From Reclinomonas americana ATCC 50394 (Eukaryota), in NCBI GenBank assembly GCA_048213135.1, contig PS015124.1:1-47192 (forward strand): DNA of 47,192 bases. The letters are read 5' to 3'. Under the pieces are notes generated by a model. It saw only the letters and a list, made by a program, of their open reading frames with translations, made no database searches and had not been told where the DNA came from. Of the stretch, positions 44,465 through 47,192 are shown one piece after another (position 1 is the first letter of the stretch; each line of letters opens with the position of its first letter). The position numbers and the translations under genes were made by a program.

Positions 44465-46000
44465 NNNNNNNNNNNNNNNNNNNNNNNNNNNNNNNNNNNN
44501 NNNNNNNNNNNNNNNNNNNNNNNNNNNNNNNNNNNNNNNNNNNNNNNNNNNNNNNNNNNNNNNNNNNNNNNNNNNNNNNNNNNNNNNNNNNNNNNNNNNN
44601 NNNNNNNNNNNNNNNNNNNNNNNNNNNNNNNNNNNNNNNNNNNNNNNNNNNNNNNNNNNNNNNNNNNNNNNNNNNNNNNNNNNNNNNNNNNNNNNNNNNN
44701 NNNNNNNNNNNNNNNNNNNNNNNNNNNNNNNNNNNNNNNNNNNNNNNNNNNNNNNNNNNNNNNNNNNNNNNNNNNNNNNNNNNNNNNNNNNNNNNNNNNN
44801 NNNNNNNNCCTCTCTCTCTCTCTCTCTCCTTCTCCTCTCCTCTCTCTCTCTCTCTTCTCCCTTCTCCTCTCCCTCCCTCCCTTCTCCTCTCCCTCCCTCC
44901 CTTCTCCCTTTCTCCTTCGCCCTTCTCCCCCTTCTCCTTTCCCCCTCTCCCCCCTTCTCCTCTCCCTCATTCACCTTGCATCTGCACGACAAACGGCGCC
45001 GGCAACCCCACCAACGTCTCCAAATCCGACAACACCTGACTCTCCAACGCCTCCCGCTGATACTTGGCCATCGGCACCTGCACCGCCGCCAGTCTCTCCT
45101 CCAACAACACATGCAAAAAGTGCACATGCGGATGCACGCGCAACACTCGCGTCGGCGACCTAAACACCACCCCATGCCGGCCCGGCTCCGGCTTCCACTC
45201 CGGCAACAGCTCCACCTCCTCCAACAACCAGTGCGCCAGCTCCGATCGCCGCAGTCCCGGAAGCATCCACAAATCATGCTCCGCTGGCACAGCTGCTGGT
45301 GGCAGAACGTTGTCCTCCGGAACAACTACATCCACCGTCACCGCCACCTGCTTTCTCGCGGCCAAAGACGAAGACAAAGACGAAGGCACCAGTGGAGGCG
45401 CGCGTTGTGGAGGCGGAGACGAGCCCACACCAGTGACCATGCCTCGCAGCGCGGGCTTGGCCGTGGCTGGTGGAGGCGGAGGCTGCACAGTGACCACAGG
45501 CGACGATCCATTGCTTCTCTGCGATTGCTGTTGCTGCTGTTGATAAGGATGCATAGGCGAGTACCTAGGCGACGACCATCCATCGCCCTCAAACACCACT
45601 GATGCAGCGAGAATGAGCTTCTCAATCAAGTGACACTCGGGACATTATTAAGAGGTTGTTGTTTACCTTCGCGCTCTCGGTCGCGTGCAACCCGCGCGCG
45701 GTCAATAAGCTCCAATCGTGCAGCTGCAACGTCGCGATTTCGAGTGGGCGTGGTTACCGTTATGCCATTGGCGTTTCCGTAGAGTCGAGTGGAGGTGTTG
45801 AAGGATGACAGTGAAGAGGAGGAGGACGCGGAGGAGGAAGCGAGTGTTGACAGTCCGCTGCTTCCGATCGACGAAGGCAGTGATGCTGTTGGTGTTGGTG
45901 TTTGATGAGTGTGTTGTTGTTGTTGTTGTGGAGGTGGTGGAGGTGGAGAGCGACGAGGAGGGAGAGGTGAGGGAGCAGGACGCGACGGGCTGCTGTACAT
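41271..46000 (-). CDS. Hypothetical protein (Pro/Ser/Gln-rich N-terminus, helical C-terminal part); middle exons lie in an inverted block
   Basis: Minus exons 46000-45667, 45598-44975, 43938-43652 and 43591-to-gap are phase-compatible. The gene probably continues in plus-strand exons at 41875-42934 and may end in minus 41417-41271 (SVGYVEGG...GNKR*); this 3' end is tentative. Confidence 0.6.
41875..42934 (+). CDS. Internal exons on the plus strand, probably belonging to the flanking minus-strand hypothetical gene
   Basis: Exons 41875-41910 (EKEYHVGSERLR|gt), 42477-42691, 42755-42793 and 42850-42934 join in phase: VHVSSAIIESDASQRKLLKHAMVAYSEALERLRFALQKHLQEY...VLAKQIDTAHVLVERWIGELANAENTELPPALREF... 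No start or stop in the block. Confidence 0.7.
42018..42430. repeat. Intronic pyrimidine-rich tandem repeat, ~151-bp unit, 3 copies
   Basis: ctcttttgcgtccttc(a/g)tgtttcatcgc recurs at ~42018, ~42168 and ~42320. Confidence 0.8.
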
Positions 46001-46553
46001 GTTTGGCGTGTGTGTGTGTGGAGAGAGGGGTGTCCTCTGTGGAGTGGGGACAAGAGAGCGTGCGCGTGTGTGTGTTGTCTCTCTCCGTGTGCGCGTGTGT
46101 GTGAAGAGTGAGAGAGCGTGGAGCCGTTTCGCGAGCACTTGGGACGTGGTGCGGCGAATTGCATCATGGCGAAGTTGATTGGTTTCTTTTTTGCTGCTTG
46201 TGCGGGCGGTGGTGGAGAGAGAGATGTGTGATTGGTGGTTGTGCGTGGGAGGGGAGGGGGATGAGAGAGGGGCAGGCGGAATACGTTGTGTTCGAATTTG
46301 CGATAAGTATTGCATGTTGCAGACGATGAGAAGGGCAATGGCGGCATTCATGCCACAAGAAACACGAGCATGCTCGTAGACAGTCTCGGATCACAGACTG
46401 GCATCAGGGGCGAAGGAGAGAGCCTGCCAATTGGCGGTCAATATCCGTCGGTCACACTGCCTGCGTTCCAGCAAGAGGTATTCCAAGTGCAGTAAGTGGT
46501 CACGGCAGGAAAACGTGTGTACTCTGGAAGCAGTGGGCAGCCAACACGTGTGT

Positions 46554-47192
46554 TCACTCAACGAGGAAGACTTCGTAGTCAGCCACTTGGAAGTTCCGCG
46601 ATCCCATCAGCGTCGAGTTGTCACATGCTGCACCGTCAGTGCTCTGATAGTAGGACGGAAGGTTGCTGGTGCTGTTGCTGTTGCTGTTGCAGTCGTTCAC
46701 CAAGTACAAATCGCTGTTGCCGAAGTATGGTCCATATCCAGAGTTGTGAATGACGGCGTTCTGCTTCCAATCGTCCTTCGGTGCAAAGCGTCGCGCACTT
46801 GCACCGCTCCACGATGCCGAGAACAGGAAGCTGGAGCAGGTCGGATCAGAGCCCCACATCCCACTTGAAGTCCACGAGACAGGCGTGTATCCACCGCACA
46901 CTCGTCCCTCCGACGATTTGGCCACAGTCAGCGTCGCTCTGCGCACAACCAACCATCCATAAGTCACTTAGCATCTCACTCATCCATTGCTTCAATCACT
47001 CACCCTCGCTTGTCACACCGCTGATGGAATGTGGCTGCGGCAAACCCATCTCGACTGCCCTTGAACAGCAACGTCAATCTGGGCACACTCCCACCGCCAC
47101 CTCGTGCCTGCTGCACCCACTGCAACACCACTCGCGCATCCGCCGCACTCAGCAGATCGCTGTCAATCTTCCTCTCCGCCCGCTCCCGCTGC
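46554..47192 (-). CDS. TLDc-domain protein, 3' end; paralog of 38306-40850; 5' part outside the window
   Basis: Exons 47192-47004 and 46938-46554: ...ERAERKIDSDLLSAADARVVLQWVQQARGGGGSVPRLTLLFKGSRDGFAAATFHQRCDKRG|ATLTVAKSSEGRVCGGY...NFQVADYEVFLVE*. Same intron position as the paralog. Confidence 0.9.

Noticed and set aside
40970..45602. Very long ORFs crossing N-runs (e.g. 41008..42531, 44325..45602)
   Set aside because: They are artefacts of translating through assembly gaps.

Overview
Gene-dense, intron-rich eukaryotic scaffold with eight N-gaps, probably from a flagellated or centriole-bearing protist (it carries epsilon-tubulin); the organism cannot be identified from sequence alone. Short introns are ~55-65 nt with frequent GTTGCG/GTGCGT donors, and long introns are built from GA/CT/CA simple and tandem repeats. 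Left to right: a tandem array of three 7-repeat WD40 genes plus a decayed fourth copy; an orphan two-exon DOCK-GEF fragment; a 3'-truncated SRP72 gene; a small SSNA1/DIP13-like coiled-coil gene; epsilon-tubulin; a WD40-FN3-FN3-STE kinase fusion gene; a secreted peptidase C45 (Ntn hydrolase); a coiled-coil hypothetical; a RING/TRAF-zinc finger-coiled coil-TLDc gene with an in-frame TAG; a hypothetical gene; and the 3' end of a second TLDc paralog. Two genes have phase-perfect exons on the opposite strand, each inside a ~1.5 kb gap-bounded block. This is most likely mis-oriented scaffolding, but real inversion or trans-splicing needs to be excluded. Family assignments rest on manual translation and remembered motifs; no database searches were run. 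No rRNA, tRNA, CRISPR array or transposase was recognised.
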